DNA of 64,000 nucleotides. Source: Azolla caroliniana (lineage: Eukaryota > Plantae > Polypodiophyta). This document shows, piece by piece, positions 12,518 through 25,496 of the stretch. The translations under genes were made by a program, and so were the position numbers. Where the stretch lies: the NCBI GenBank assembly GCA_043228905.1, contig JBHGNT010000020.1, forward strand, positions 9,734,001-9,798,000. The letters are read 5' to 3'. Each line of letters opens with the position of its first letter. Within the stretch, counting starts at the first letter, position 1. Below the pieces are notes generated by a model. That model was not told where the DNA came from. It saw only the letters and a program-made list of their open reading frames with translations, and searched no databases.

Positions 12518-13869
12518 TATCAAAACCAAGAGTAAACGATAGAGTGATGGAAGAAGGATATAAAGAGAACACAAAAATAAAGGAACGAAATGATAAGAGA
12601 AGAATGGGTGTATTAAGATAGAAAGAGGAATGGATACAAGATACGCAATGACAGCTTAAGACTGGTGTTGATTCGAATTGATTTGAGAATACTTGGATAT
12701 CTCTATTTATAGGTTCCTATAGAATAGCCTAGAGATTTCTATAATGTTCTAGAATATTCTAGAATGTTCTAGAGTTTTTATAATAACCAAATATATTATA
12801 AAAAGTAATTATCATTTCATATGACAATAGGCTATCTTAATGGTTGGGTTTTCGATTATGTATTACAAGGTCTTGAGGTCAAGTACAGGTGGCACCATGA
12901 TGTTCATGTGTTTATGAAATTATCCCTCCTTCGAGAACGACAAGTGGAATTTGGCATTAACAATGTAGGGCTATGTTTGTTTAGATAGCGGTGATGAAAG
13001 TCGTGAACAAGAGCTTGAACATTACAAACATTATTGATGGGTTCATAGAGCTTATTACGCACAAGCTTAGAATCGAGAATAGTAGCTACCTCGTATTTAG
13101 GGCCGTCAGCAAGTTCAAGAGAATGTGAAGGTGGCACAACACGATTAGGAATTGAAGAGGTGCGGCAAGGTTCCAAAAGAGAGCTATGAAAGACGGGGTG
13201 AATCTGTAGGTGTGCAGGAAGATTAAGACAAAATGTTGCATCACTAATTCTTGTTGTGATGAAAAAAGATAATTGAGCTTAGCACATGGTTGAGTAGTCT
13301 TGATGTGATGACGAAGCAACCATATTTGGTCACCAATCTTAAAAGGAGACTTAAGATGATGCCGATTTGCATTGGTCTTGTGTTGTGCTTGAGCTTTCTA
13401 AAGATGTGATGATAACTCTAACTGGATTTGTTGTAGTCGGTGAAGGTGATCCTCCACACTAGGGTTGTGGGAGATCTAGTGAAGATTCAAAATACACCAT
13501 CGAGGATGGTTACCGGTGTAGGCAAAGAAAGGTGTAACCTTTCTAGAAGAATGTGTCGTGTTATTGTACGCAAACTCAACAAGATGTAAAATATCACTCC
13601 AATCATCTTATTGATAACTGATGAAGCATCAAAGATATTGCTCGAGCATTTGATTTTGTTTGTTTGTCAGTTTGTGGATGATAAGCTGAAGAGAGTTTGT
13701 AGGATATTTTGAGGCCTACCCACAAGTGCTTCCAAAATTGAGAGATAAATTGAGGACCACGATCGTTAATTATATCATTTGTAAGACCACGATGTCGAAA
13801 TGCTTCATGCATAATGATATCTGTGATTTCTTGACTACTAATGCTCTTTACGCATGGTAGAAAATGCGA
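12518..13869 (-). mobile_element. Chromovirus B (Tcn1-like): 3' LTR 12518-12919, PPT, degenerate integrase and partly deleted chromodomain
   Basis: DRGPQFISQFW, SAYHPQTD and YEVATILDSK motifs. TSD GATGC (12513-12517) matches GATGT (20840-20844). Confidence 0.85.
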
Positions 13870-14490
13870 TGTCGTGAAGATTTTCGGCAACGGTGTGAAA
13901 ATTGTGTGCAACGAATGAAATCGAGAAGGTGCAATGTGCACGTGTGAAAGGGGAGAAGACCACATGCATATGCTAGCATGTTGTAAATAGGACTGAAATG
14001 AGAATCGTAAAAGAAAAACTAGATGTAAAGTTAAAACATGTGCATGTGTGATGTGCACTCAATTGTAAATATAAAAATAAGACTAAAGCCTAGTAACATT
14101 TAAGTGCATACATAGAGGTGGAAGCAAGGCTTGAACCTTGCACCTCCAAGATAGGAAACAAATTAACTTACCACTAAAGCCACTACTGAGTGCTTTAGAA
14201 TTTGTATATATTCTTTTCATATTTAGTATTTTGTAGGAAGTAAACATATAAAAACCGTGGGCACAAAACCATGGTTTTAGCCCATGGTTGCAGCTCGTGG
14301 TTTTAGCCCATGGTTTTTGCATGGAGAGAGCTATAAAAGCCTATCGTGGGGCTTGTGTAAGGAGGCAAGTGATGTAAGTAAAAAAGAAACGTTTAATCAA
14401 AGATCCAAGGTATTCTAATGGTGATGTATCTTATCTCGTAAAACTAAAGTCAAGGGTTCAATCTCTATGTCAATCTCTCTCTCTCTCTTC
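13870..14490 (+). repeat. Truncated LTR of the TGTCGTGAAGA (Trp-primed) Gypsy family, with two tRNA-like modules
   Basis: Starts TGTCGTGAAGA like the LTRs at 8141, 49501 and 58232. TATAAAA at 14332. A/B modules at 14127-14182 (-) and 14411-14465 (+). Confidence 0.75.
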
Positions 14491-14515
14491 ATCAATAGTC
14501 AAATACATGTTGCTA

Positions 14516-17500
14516 GTCTTCGGCATATTCTTGTAAACATTGCTCTCGTTGTTAATACATTATCAAATTCTTCTTATCTCTCTCATATCTTTCGCTTCTC
14601 ATTCTCTTCTTCATTTTAAAACTCGTTCCTAACTTTGGCCCTGACAATTTGAACCAGAATTTTCCTACCTTCTCTCTTTCTTCCTTGCTCTGTGTGTGTG
14701 TGTGTGTATTTCACTCTCTTCTCCTTCCTTCCTTCTCCTTGAGAATCTTGCCAAACGTTATCCTCTCCATGGAGTCAGTTAGCAAGCAAGAGTATGTTCG
14801 AGTCGTCTCTGAACTAGAGCATCTCGCAAATAAGTTTGTGGCATTAGAACAAGAGAATCAACGATTGCTTGGAGATTTGCAACAAGTAAGCATAGAAAAG
14901 GCACAACAATGAGTTATTGACACGTGTATTGCAACTCGAAACAACATTGCGGTCTCTTCATCAACAAGCTTCAATGCAACAAACCTCTCCCAAAGAATCG
15001 AAGATTTGTTTGCCTGGGAAGTTCGATGGTAATTGATCACAGTTTCGAGGGTTTCTAAACCAAGTACGTCTAGTAATTCATATGCACCCTAATAGGTATC
15101 CGACTGATGCAACTCAAGTTGGACTAGTTGGGACCCTCTTAACAAGAACTGCATTAGCGTGGTTTGCACCACGGCTAGAAAAGAAGTCTCCTCTTCTCCA
15201 AGACTTCGAAGGTTTTATTAGAGAATTTCAAGCAAATTTTGGAGACACTGATAGTGTTAGAACAACGATTAACAAGATTCGAAGACTTCGTCAAGGGGAC
15301 CGTCCTGCCTCTGCCTATGCCATAGATTTCCGCCTCCTAGCTTGTGATATTCCGTGGGATGAAGAAGCCTTAATGGATCAATTTTGCTATGGACTAAGAA
15401 ATGATGTAAAGGATTTGCTATTAACTTTTCATGAAGATCCAAAATCACTTACAAAAGTGATAAGTCGTGTAGTGCGATGTGACAACCGCTTATTCGAGTG
15501 ACGTTCGGAGCATCAATTAATGTCACGACCAAGAATGGATCAAACATATGCTTCGATAGTAGCCTCGACACCTACGAGCACAACCCAAACTTCACACATG
15601 ATTCCATCAGGTTGTCCAAGTCCAATGGAGATCGATGCAACACGTCGTCGAGGGCCTTTATCTGAAGCTGAGAAGCAAAGACGTCGAGCAAACCGTCTAT
15701 GTTTGTATTGTGGTGGTCCAGGACACATCGTGATCACATGCCCACATAGGCCAAAACGACAAGTAAATCAAGTAAGTATTAGTGAGAATCTTCATTCCAA
15801 TTCTCTAGTTAGATCGTCTAGCCCTAGTAGTCCCACATGTTATGGTCAGTCCAATAGTTTTGAAGTCTTGAGTCAACTTGATAAAATATTAAACGATTAA
15901 GTCCAACCAAAATCGAAGCCATTTGGTTGGACAATCCTGAATACGTAAAGTCAATCCCAAGTAGTGGTTCCATTTTATCGAATCATTTTAGCAGAGTTTT
16001 TTCAGCACAAGTTGAGCTTAACACTTCTAGGTGTCATTGAGTTCTTGCCTCTGCTCTCTTAGATTCAGGAGCCAACTCTTGTTTTATGGACAAAGAATTT
16101 GTTTTATCCGAGAAAATCCTATTGAAAAACCACCCTTGCCCTACATCTGTTGTAGTCATTGATGGTCGCCCTATTTCATCCGGGAATATAGTTGAAGAAT
16201 CTGAGCCAATTCGAGTAGTTCTTGGTAGCTTTGTTTGTATGATTTCCTTCAATATAATTAGTAGCCCTAAGCATCCGGTTATCCTTGGTTTGCCTTGGTT
16301 TGAACTCCACAATCCTGAAATTGACTAGAGAAATCGAACAATCAATGATTTCCAGCAGAAACTTGAATCTAGCTGCCTTGTTACTACCAACCAAGATTCA
16401 AAGCCTCACCAAATCTCGCCCATCTCTCTACAAAAATTACGAGAAGACAGGCAAACAAATGAAATGTTTGTCTTTGCAGTAATAGCAAACCCATCCTCTA
16501 GCTCACAAGGGGCAAGTACTCCCCTCCCTACCAAGTACTTGGATTTTGAAGACATCTTCAACAAAGCTAAAGCTAGTTCTCTCCCAGACCATCGGCCTTA
16601 TGATTGTCCTATCGATCTACAACCTGGGAAAGAGCCACCATGGGGCCCAATATATAATCTATCACCTCCCGAACGCAAGGCCCTTCGAGAGTATATAAAC
16701 GAGCACTTAGCAAATGGATTCATTCGACATTCTAAAAGCCTTGCTGGTGCACCGATCTTCTTTGTCAAGAAGAAAGATGGATCTCTACGACTGGTCGTGG
16801 ACTATCGAGGTCTAAACAAAATCATAGTTCGAAATAGATATGCTCTACCCTTGATTTCGAGTTTACTAGAGCGTCTTAATGGAGCGAAAGTTTTGACGAA
16901 GCTAGATCTTCAAGGTGCATATAACCTTGTTCGGATACATCCAAGAGATGAATGGAAGACAACATTCCGTACTCGATATGGACATTTTGAGTACACAGTT
17001 ATGCCGTTTGGTCTCACGAATGCGCCCACGGTTTTTCAACACATGGCGAATGATATTTTCCGCGATTTTTTGGATTCATTCACCATAGTATATCTTGATG
17101 ACATCTTGATCTACTCAAAAACTCAAGAAGAGCATGACATACATGTCCGCCAAGTCTTCCAACGCTTACGAGAATATGGACTCTATGCCAAAGTTGAGAA
17201 ATGTAGCTTTGATCAAAACCACGTGGAGTTTCTAGGGTATGTGGTTTCACAACAAGGTATATCTATGGATCCATCTAAGGTTCAAACAATTCTAAACTGG
17301 CAACCACCTCGTTCAGTGCGTGATGTTCAATGTTTCTTAGGATTTGCGAAATTTTTACCGCAAATTTATCAAGAATTATTCAAACATTGTGATGCCTCTC
17401 ACAGAGCTTACACGAAAGAACAAGTCATTCACATGGAGTTCTAGTGCAACCAAAGCTTTTGAAAGCCTAAAGAGCACATTCACTTCTGCTCCAATTCTAC

Positions 17501-20099
17501 TTCATGCTGACCTAGAAAAACCGTTTATCATCGAGGCGGATGCGTCTGATTTTGCACTAGGAAGTATCTTGTCATAGATAGGAGATGATGGGAAGCTACA
17601 TCCAATTACTTTCCATTCACGCAAATTCGAAGCTGCAGAGATCAATTACGAGATTCACGACAAAGAGCTTCTAGCCATTATAGACTCGTTTGAATAGTGG
17701 AGACATTAGAGACTTTCAAAGTGCTAGAGTCTTGAGTTGTCGCCAAGCTTGTTGGGCACAATTTCTAACGCGTTTTGACTTCGTCATCACATATCACCCA
17801 GGAGTACAACAAGGAAAGGCAGATGCTCTCTCACGACAATCTTATTTGGCTCCACAACCAGGAGAGCCCACATTTGATCATCAAAAACAAATCGTCTTGG
17901 GGCCTAATCGGTTACGACTATTAACTATTAATGCCTCTCAAGAATTTGAAGATTCAAGTCTTCTTGATTCAATCCGAACAGATATCATTTCTGATGAATT
18001 TGCTCAAGATATATTGAATCATATAATTTCAGATCACGCTTCTTCTTCAAGCTCCATGAATCCTCGTAAAGATTATAACCAGTTTAAATGGGATAATGGT
18101 TTACTTTTTCGCAACACTCTTTTGTATGTCCCAAATGGTTCGTCTCGACTTCAAGTAATGCAATATTGTCACCACAACCCAATGGCTGGGCACTTTGGAA
18201 TCCACAAAACTTTGGAGCTAGTTTCTCGAAACTATTGGTGGCCTCACCTTTGAGAGTTTATTGAAGATTATGTTCGTAGTTGTGATTTGTGTTGTCGGTC
18301 AAAGATTCCACGACATCAACCATATGGGTTATTACAACCATTGCCAGTTCCTATTGGTCCGTGGAAATCCATCTCGATGGATTTTATTACAGATCTGCCA
18401 ATTTCGAAGAGTTTTGATGCTATTCTCACTATAGTAGATCGATTCACAAAGATGGCGCATTTTCTTCCATGCACGAAAACCATCAACAATAAAGAAACTG
18501 CAGACATCATTATGAAAGAAGTATTTCGGCTTCACGGTCTTTCAAATGACATCATTAGTGATCGTGGCCCACAATTCATCTCAAAATTCTGGAAACACTT
18601 GCTTGAGATGCTCAAAATTTCCTTGCACGAAAACCATCAACAATAAAGAAACTGCAGACATCGTTATGAAAGAAGTATTTCGGCTTCACGGTCTTCCGAA
18701 TGACATCATTAGTGATCGTGGCCCACAATTCATCTCAAAATTCTGGAAACATTTGCTTGAGATGCTCAAAATTTCTTGTAAACTTTTGTCAAGCTATCAT
18801 CCACAAAGTGACGGTCAAACCGAGTGGACGAATCAAACATTAGAGAAATATCTTTGGTGTTTCATCAATTACCAACAGGATGATTGGGTGGATTTTTTGC
18901 ACTTTGCAGAGTTTGCATACAATAATGCAGTTCATTCCTCAACAGGGTATACTCCATTTTTTGCAAACATAGGATATCATCCTCGTTGGACAATGATGGA
19001 ACATCCAGAAATCTCGAAAAATCCTGCTGTTGAAGATCATCTGCGTCAACTCCAAGACGTGCATGTTGCACTTTCTCAACATTTGCAAACTAGTCAAGCC
19101 ACACACAAAAAAGCCGCAGATCATCACCGTCTCGACTCTTCACCAAAAGGAACTGAAGTTTCGAATTGGGGATCGTGTATGGTTACTACGACGTAATGTG
19201 AAGACTACTAAACCTTGTGACAAGTTGGATTATGAACGACTTGGTCCATTTATTATCTCCAATCAGATTAATGATGTTGCATTCCGCCTTGATCTACCTC
19301 CACAGATGCATCTACATCTGGTATTTCATGTCTCATTGTTGGAACCCTACATTGGTAGTTCCATTCCAAATCGGATTGTTCTACCCCCACCTCCAATTCA
19401 ACTTGTTGATGGCCTAGAATTTGAAGTCAAAACTATTTTGGACTCCAAGATAATACGTAAAAAGCTTTATTATCTCGTGGATTGGATAGGATATACACCA
19501 AATGATCGTACTTGGGAGCTAGCTGAGAACCTTGATAATGCCTCTGACTTGGTGGCTGAATTTTATCGCTAATATCTAGATAAGCCAAGTATGAATTCAT
19601 GCATTATGACTCGTGGAACTCGTCGTCAAAGGAGGGGGATGGTGTCATGTGTATACAAAACCCAATAAGCTTTATGGTGATTCGAACCCATGACCTCCTC
19701 AAAGAAGGCATACAACCCCATCCATTAGGATACATCATATTCTATATATTAAATAATAAATTCTATTATATCAATAGGAAATACATATAATAATATTATT
19801 GAAATGTCACCACCTTGCATAGGCTAACGCATGATTGCCAAGGGGCATGCTTGCATGAATGCCAAGTGGCAATCATGCGTGCCTATGAGGTGGCGAGCAT
19901 GCATGTATCCAAACCATGCTATATAAACATGTATTTGACTATTGATGAACCATTCTGGTTCAACGCCAGTCTTCGGCATATTCTTGTAAACATTGCTCTC
20001 GTTGTTAATACATTACCAAATTCTTCTTATCTCTCTCATCTCTTTCGCTTCTCATTCTCTTCTTCATTTTAAAACTCGTTCCTAACTTTGGCCCTGATA
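14516..20099 (+). mobile_element. Chromovirus C (Tcn1-like), near full-length and degenerate; 5' LTR remnant 14516-14646, 3' LTR 19643-20099
   Basis: gag with [39 protein letters not shown], and chromodomain FEVKTILDSK..YLVDW.GY...TWE. PPT AAAGGAGGGGGA. Confidence 0.95.
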
Positions 20100-20510
20100 G
20101 CCACTACGTCGAGCATAAAGCGGAGGGTTGTCATTTTCACCACTGGCGAAAAGATCTCGTCGAAATTGACACCATATTCTTGTCGAAACCCTTTTGCAAC
20201 TAATCTAGGCTTGAATTTTGGGGTGGCTGGATCATACGTCTCTTTTATTCTATAGACCCACTTGCATGGAAGAGCACGATGATTTTTCAGTAATTCGACT
20301 AAGTCCCATGTCTTATTTTGTTGAATGGAGTTCATTTCCAACTCCATTGCGAAATGCCATGTGGCTAAATCGACGGATGTTGAGGCTTCTTTGTATGAAG
20401 TCGGTTCGCTAGCATCTGTAAAGAAAATTCTAGGAGAGTACCTCTCCGGGGGTTGCAACAGTCTCTCGGATCTTTGAGGTATGACTGGACTAGTCGCATC
20501 GGGTGTCAGG
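20100..20510 (-). mobile_element. Copia RT N-terminal fragment from a different Copia family
   Basis: EPTSYKEA..WHFAM..KTWDLV..CKWVY..RLVAKGFRQEYGVNFDEIFSPVVK. Confidence 0.85.
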
Positions 20511-20839
20511 GTATTAAGATAGAAGGAGGAATGCATACAAGATACGCAATGAGAGCTTAAGACTTGTGTTGATTCGAATTGATTTGAGAATACTTGGATG
20601 TCTCTATTTATAGGTTCCTATAGAATAGCCTAGAGGTTTTATAATGTTCTAGAATATTCTAAGATGTTTTAGGGTATTCTAGAACGTTCTAGAGTTTTTT
20701 ACGATAACCAATATATTACCAAAAGTAGCTATCATCTCATATGACAATAGGCTATCTTAATGGTTGGGTTTTTGATTATGTATTACAAGGTCTTGTGTTC
20801 GAGTCCAGGTGACGCCATGATGTTCATGTGTTAATGTCA
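20511..20839 (-). repeat. Partial 5' LTR of chromovirus B
   Basis: Matches 12610-12919 and is followed by the TSD and Copia RNase H. Confidence 0.85.
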
Positions 20840-22015
20840 GATGTTGCTGAGGTTGTCACAATAGATCGTCATTGAATCGGCCACATCCACCCGTAAATCC
20901 TTCAATAGACGCTTAATCCATATAGCTTCGCATGTAGCGACGAATGCTCCTATGTATTTGGTCTTGGTGCTCGTCAATGCCATTGTCGGCTACTTCTTAT
21001 TGTACCAGGCGATTGTCGCACTCCCTAAGGAGATTGCATATCTCGATGTGCGCATTGAAGGTGATTGGAGGCCGGCTATGACATGAATTGACTAATCAGT
21101 CAGACCGGATAGTCAAGGTCCAACTGGGTGATGGTTAAGTAAATTAGGCTTCCGACAATTTGTCGATATTGTGTCGCGTCGCAAGCTGGCCCCAATCTGA
21201 GGCGAAGCTTGGCATTCATGTCAAGAGGAGTCGCGATGGATTTACAATCGGTCATGCCGAACTTGAAGAGCATATTCAACACATAGGGTTGTTGGCTGAT
21301 CAATATGCCTTTCGGGGTGCGGATTACTTTGATCCCGAGGAAGTATTGAAGGTCCCCCATGTCCATCTCGAATGATGCTGCCAATTGAGACTTGTTGTGG
21401 CCGATTTCCTCCAGATCTGCATCGGTGATGACCAAATCATCTACATATAACAATATGGTAACTAGCCCGTTCTGACCTTGCCTTATAAACAATGAAGAAT
21501 TTGATTGCGATAGTAGAAACCCCACTTGACCCAATTTTTGCATCATCTTTGCGTTCCAAGCAAGGGGGGCTTGTTTCAGTCCGTAGAGGAACTTCTTTAG
21601 CCGACAATCTGCCGACTTGTTCAATTCAGATTGGAATCTGGGAGGCCGCACCATAAAAACCTATTCCTCAAGGTTGCCTTGCAGGAATGTGTTCTTCATG
21701 CCCATCTGATGCAGGTGCCATCCCTTTGTCGCCACTACGGCTTGCAACACACAAACGATCATCATCTTCGCGCTCGACGCAAACGTTTCATCGTAGTCCA
21801 CTCCATGTTGCTGCGTGTAGCCCTTGGTCACCAATCGGGCCTTATATCTGTTGACTGAGCCATCATGATTGTACTTTACCTTGTACACCCATCTATAGCT
21901 GATCGACTTGACTCTTTTTGGGGGATCAACCTGGTCCCAAGTCTCGTTTTTGGCTAGTGCATGCATCTCTTCCTCCATGGCCATTTTCCAATTGGCGTCT
22001 TGTGTTGCCTTCACG
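20840..22015 (-). mobile_element. Copia RT/RNase H, degenerate
   Basis: ORFs 21100-21654 (LYVDD, GSLIYL) and 21661-22098 (YKARLV). Confidence 0.88.
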
Positions 22016-22019
22016 TACT

Positions 22020-22111
22020 GTGTTTTCTCTCCATTGTTTTTTCTCTGTTTTCTCCTGCTATTCGGTTGAGCTAGTTGTATCTGTTTCAGCTTCTGCACTT
22101 AAATCTTTACA
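22020..22111 (+). repeat. 3' end of a Copia LTR
   Basis: Resembles 44820-44904 (GCTAGTTGT...CAGCTTC...AAATCTTTACA). Confidence 0.65.
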
Positions 22112-22455
22112 AGAATAAAGGAACAAAATGATAAGAGAAGAATGGTTGTATTAAGATAGAAGGAGGAATGCATACAAGATACGCAATGAGAGCTTAAGAC
22201 TTGTGTTGATTCGAATTGATTTGAGAATACTTGGACGTCTCTATTTATAGGTTCCTATAGAATAGCCTAGACGTTTCTATAATGTTCTAGAATATTCTAA
22301 GATGTTCTAGGGTATTCTAGAATGTTATAGAGTTTTTTATGATAACCAATATATTATAAAAAGTAGATATCATCTCATATGACAATAGGCTATCTTAATG
22401 GTTGGGTCTTGAGTTCGAGTCTAGGTGACGCCATGATGTTCATGTGTTCATGTCA
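22112..22455 (-). repeat. Third, partial copy of the chromovirus B LTR
   Basis: Matches 20511-20839 and is followed by the same GATGC junction. Confidence 0.85.
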
Positions 22456-24396
22456 GATGCTGCTATCGAATCGGCAACCTCCACCCGCAATCCTTCAATA
22501 GACGCTTAATCCATACAGCTTTGCATGTAGCGATGAACGCTACTCTGTATTTGGCCTTGGTGCTCGTCAGTGCCACTGTCGGCTACTTCTTACTGCACCA
22601 GGCGATTGTTGCACTCCCTAAGGAGATTGCATATCCCGATGTTGATCGACGATCACATGCGCCTCCGGCCCAATGAACATTTGTGTAGGCGAGCAATTAT
22701 TCGACTACATCGGAAACAACAACCCTCGATCCTTCGTGCCACTCACATAGTGCAATATCGATGTGTGCATTGAAGGTGATCGGAGGCCAACTGTGACATG
22801 AATTGACTAATCAGTCAAACCGGAGAGTCGAGGTCCAACCTAGTGATGGTTAACTAAATTAGGCTTCCAACAATTTGTCGACACTTTGTCGCGTCCCAAG
22901 CTTGCCCCGATCTGAGGCGAAGCTTGATATTCATGTCAAGAGGAGTCGAGATGGATTTACAATCTGTCATGCCGAACTTGAAGAACATATTAAACACATA
23001 GTGTTGTTAGCTGATCAATATGCCTTTCGGGGTGCAGATCACTTCAATGCGGAGGAAGTATTGAAGGTCCCCAAAGTCCTTCACCTCGAATGATGCTACC
23101 AATTGAGAGTTGATGTGGTTGATTTCCTCTAGGTCGGTGTTGGTGATGACCAAATCATCTACATATAACAATATGGTAACCGGTCTGTTTTGACCTTGCC
23201 TCATGAACAATGAAGAATCCGATTTCGACATTTGACGCAATTCCGACCATTCCGTAGAGGGACTTCTTCAGCTGACAATCCAAATTGAATAAGTCAGCTG
23301 ATTGTCGACTGAAGAAGTCCCTCTACGGACTGAAACAAGCCCCCCTTCCGGCTCAGCTCTTATATCGGCCCACTTAGCCGGAAAGAAATTGGACTCTCGT
23401 CCGAAGCGCCGATTTCTTCATCCATCATCATCTCGGCCTCATTGGACTCATCTTTAGAATTTGGCATGGAGTCCAAAAGGGTGTGAGTAGTCGGAGGTGA
23501 GTACCAAGAAGTCGAATAATTGAACATGACATCATGGTTGACTCACACTTGTTTTATCTAGGGGTTATAACACGTAATATAACCCTTTTGTTCATATGAG
23601 TAGTTAACCAAGATACACTTTTCGGCTTTGGCATCAAGCTTCTTCCACTTCTCCTTCGGCACATGCACATATGCTATGCTGCCGGACAACCTCAAGTGCG
23701 CCAACTTCGTCTTCTTCTCGAAGTACAACTCCTGTGATGACACTTTACCTTCGGCTGCAAATGTCTGATTCTGAAGGTAAACGAACGTTCTGACCTCGTC
23801 GGCCCAGTAGAACTTGGGCATGGTCTCCTCTTCTAGCATCACCCTGGCCGCTTCTTCAATGGTCCGGTTCATCCTTTTAGTCACATCGTTATGCTCCAGC
23901 ATGTACCTACAAGAGAATTCACACCGGATTCCCTCCTTTTGTAGATAACTTGTGAACTAGTTGGAAAAGTATTCATTTCCTCCATTGGTCCTGAGGCACT
24001 TAATCTTCTTGCTTGTCTCCCATTCGACAAGGTTTTTTACCTTCAAGAAGCATGAGAAGACTTTGCTCTTTTTCTCAATTAAACATGCCCAAGTGTGCCG
24101 ATTGAAGTCATCGATGAAGGTGAAGGAATATCGTCTCCCTCCAATGCTCACATTCTATGTCGATCCCTAGACATCCAAGTGGATCAAATTGAGTTCGCTC
24201 ATTGGGGAATGGAAGTGGATGCTACTTCCCTAACTCGCAGGCTTCATAGACTTGGCCCTTTCAACCACTGAATTTCGGCAAGCTGAAGACAATGTTCTTC
24301 ATTTGTATCTCTTGAAACCATGGGAAGTTGACGTGGTCGATCCGCTTGTGCCACAAGTTGATGTCCAATTTGACTTTTTGTCCCCTAGCAAACATT

Positions 24397-25062
24397 TATT
24401 AGGATCTTGTCCCTCCTAATGGGAGAAGTTGGCAGTCGAATTCTCGCCGATTGGCCGGATCGACCAATAAGTCGACTGTATTGGATGGTTGATCCAAGTG
24501 AAGGACAATAGGTGAACTAGTCGGGCCGACTGGATGGTCGAACACAAAGTCGGTTTGTCGGACCGACTAGATAGTCGATAGAAGGAGTCGACTAGTTGAA
24601 TCGACTAGACTATTGACTTGTGGGTCAGACAATCGAGTTGATTAGTCAGCCAAGTAACTATTGTTATTATAATATAATAATAACGTATTATACATCTATA
24701 TATATAAGTGGAACTAGGGCAAAACTATGTATGTAAGTGAGAATAGGTACAGAAGTATTTTGTGAAAATTTGTGGTGTAGTATTGTAGCGCTACAAAAAG
24801 AAGGAAGAAGAAAAGAGAGAAAGTGAGTGTAGACATAGTTAATGAAACGTGCCAAAACCTTAAGAAGGGATTCTTTGACTCTCAAAGATTTGTAAAATTG
24901 TTTTCTATGTACTCTTTTCCTTATAGTGGAAATATGTTGCCCCGTGGTTTTAACCTATTTTAGGGTTTCCACGTAAAAGGAGTGTATTGTGTATTTTGGT
25001 TGTATTTTGTTTTGTGTTTTTAAGTGTATCTTTCTCGTCTATCTATGGTCCTAAACCCAACA
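24397..25062 (+). repeat. Solo Copia LTR (family of 9202-9848)
   Basis: TATTAGG (mutated TG)...CAACA with TSD ACATT/ACATG. Shares TAGGGCAA and GGGTTTCCACGT with 9202-9848 and 29135-29640. Confidence 0.8.
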
Positions 25063-25159
25063 ACATGGTGGTGCCGATGTCATTTGTCTCGAGGATGAAC
25101 ACCCTCCCTTCTCTACGTCCTTGCGCTATAATTCGACCTTCCTCTTGAATGAAGCACCC

Positions 25160-25496
25160 TGTCACAAGTAGAAAATATACACAAGAGAGTAGACGATAAT
25201 TAAAGGAATGAGTTGATTAATTGAAAGACTCTGTAATTGGTGTTGTTCACCTTGATTATGAACACACATATTTATACAAGTTCTGGGAGTGAATATCTCT
25301 AGAATATACCCGAGAAATATCTCTAGAATATACTCATTTAGAATATACTAAAGACTAGAATATTCTGTATGCTAGGCTATACAATATTAACCATATATGA
25401 TTTATATATAACTTAAGGGTTTCCAAATGGTTTATCTAATACTACATATTGGGTGTGTTATAGGTCAGAGGTTCGAGTCACGTCTTAGATGTGACA
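25160..25496 (-). repeat. Solo chromovirus-type LTR
   Basis: 7-bp inverted ends TGTCACA...TGTGACA, CTAGAATAT repeats as in LTRs B and D, and a B box at 25470. TSD unclear. Confidence 0.7.
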
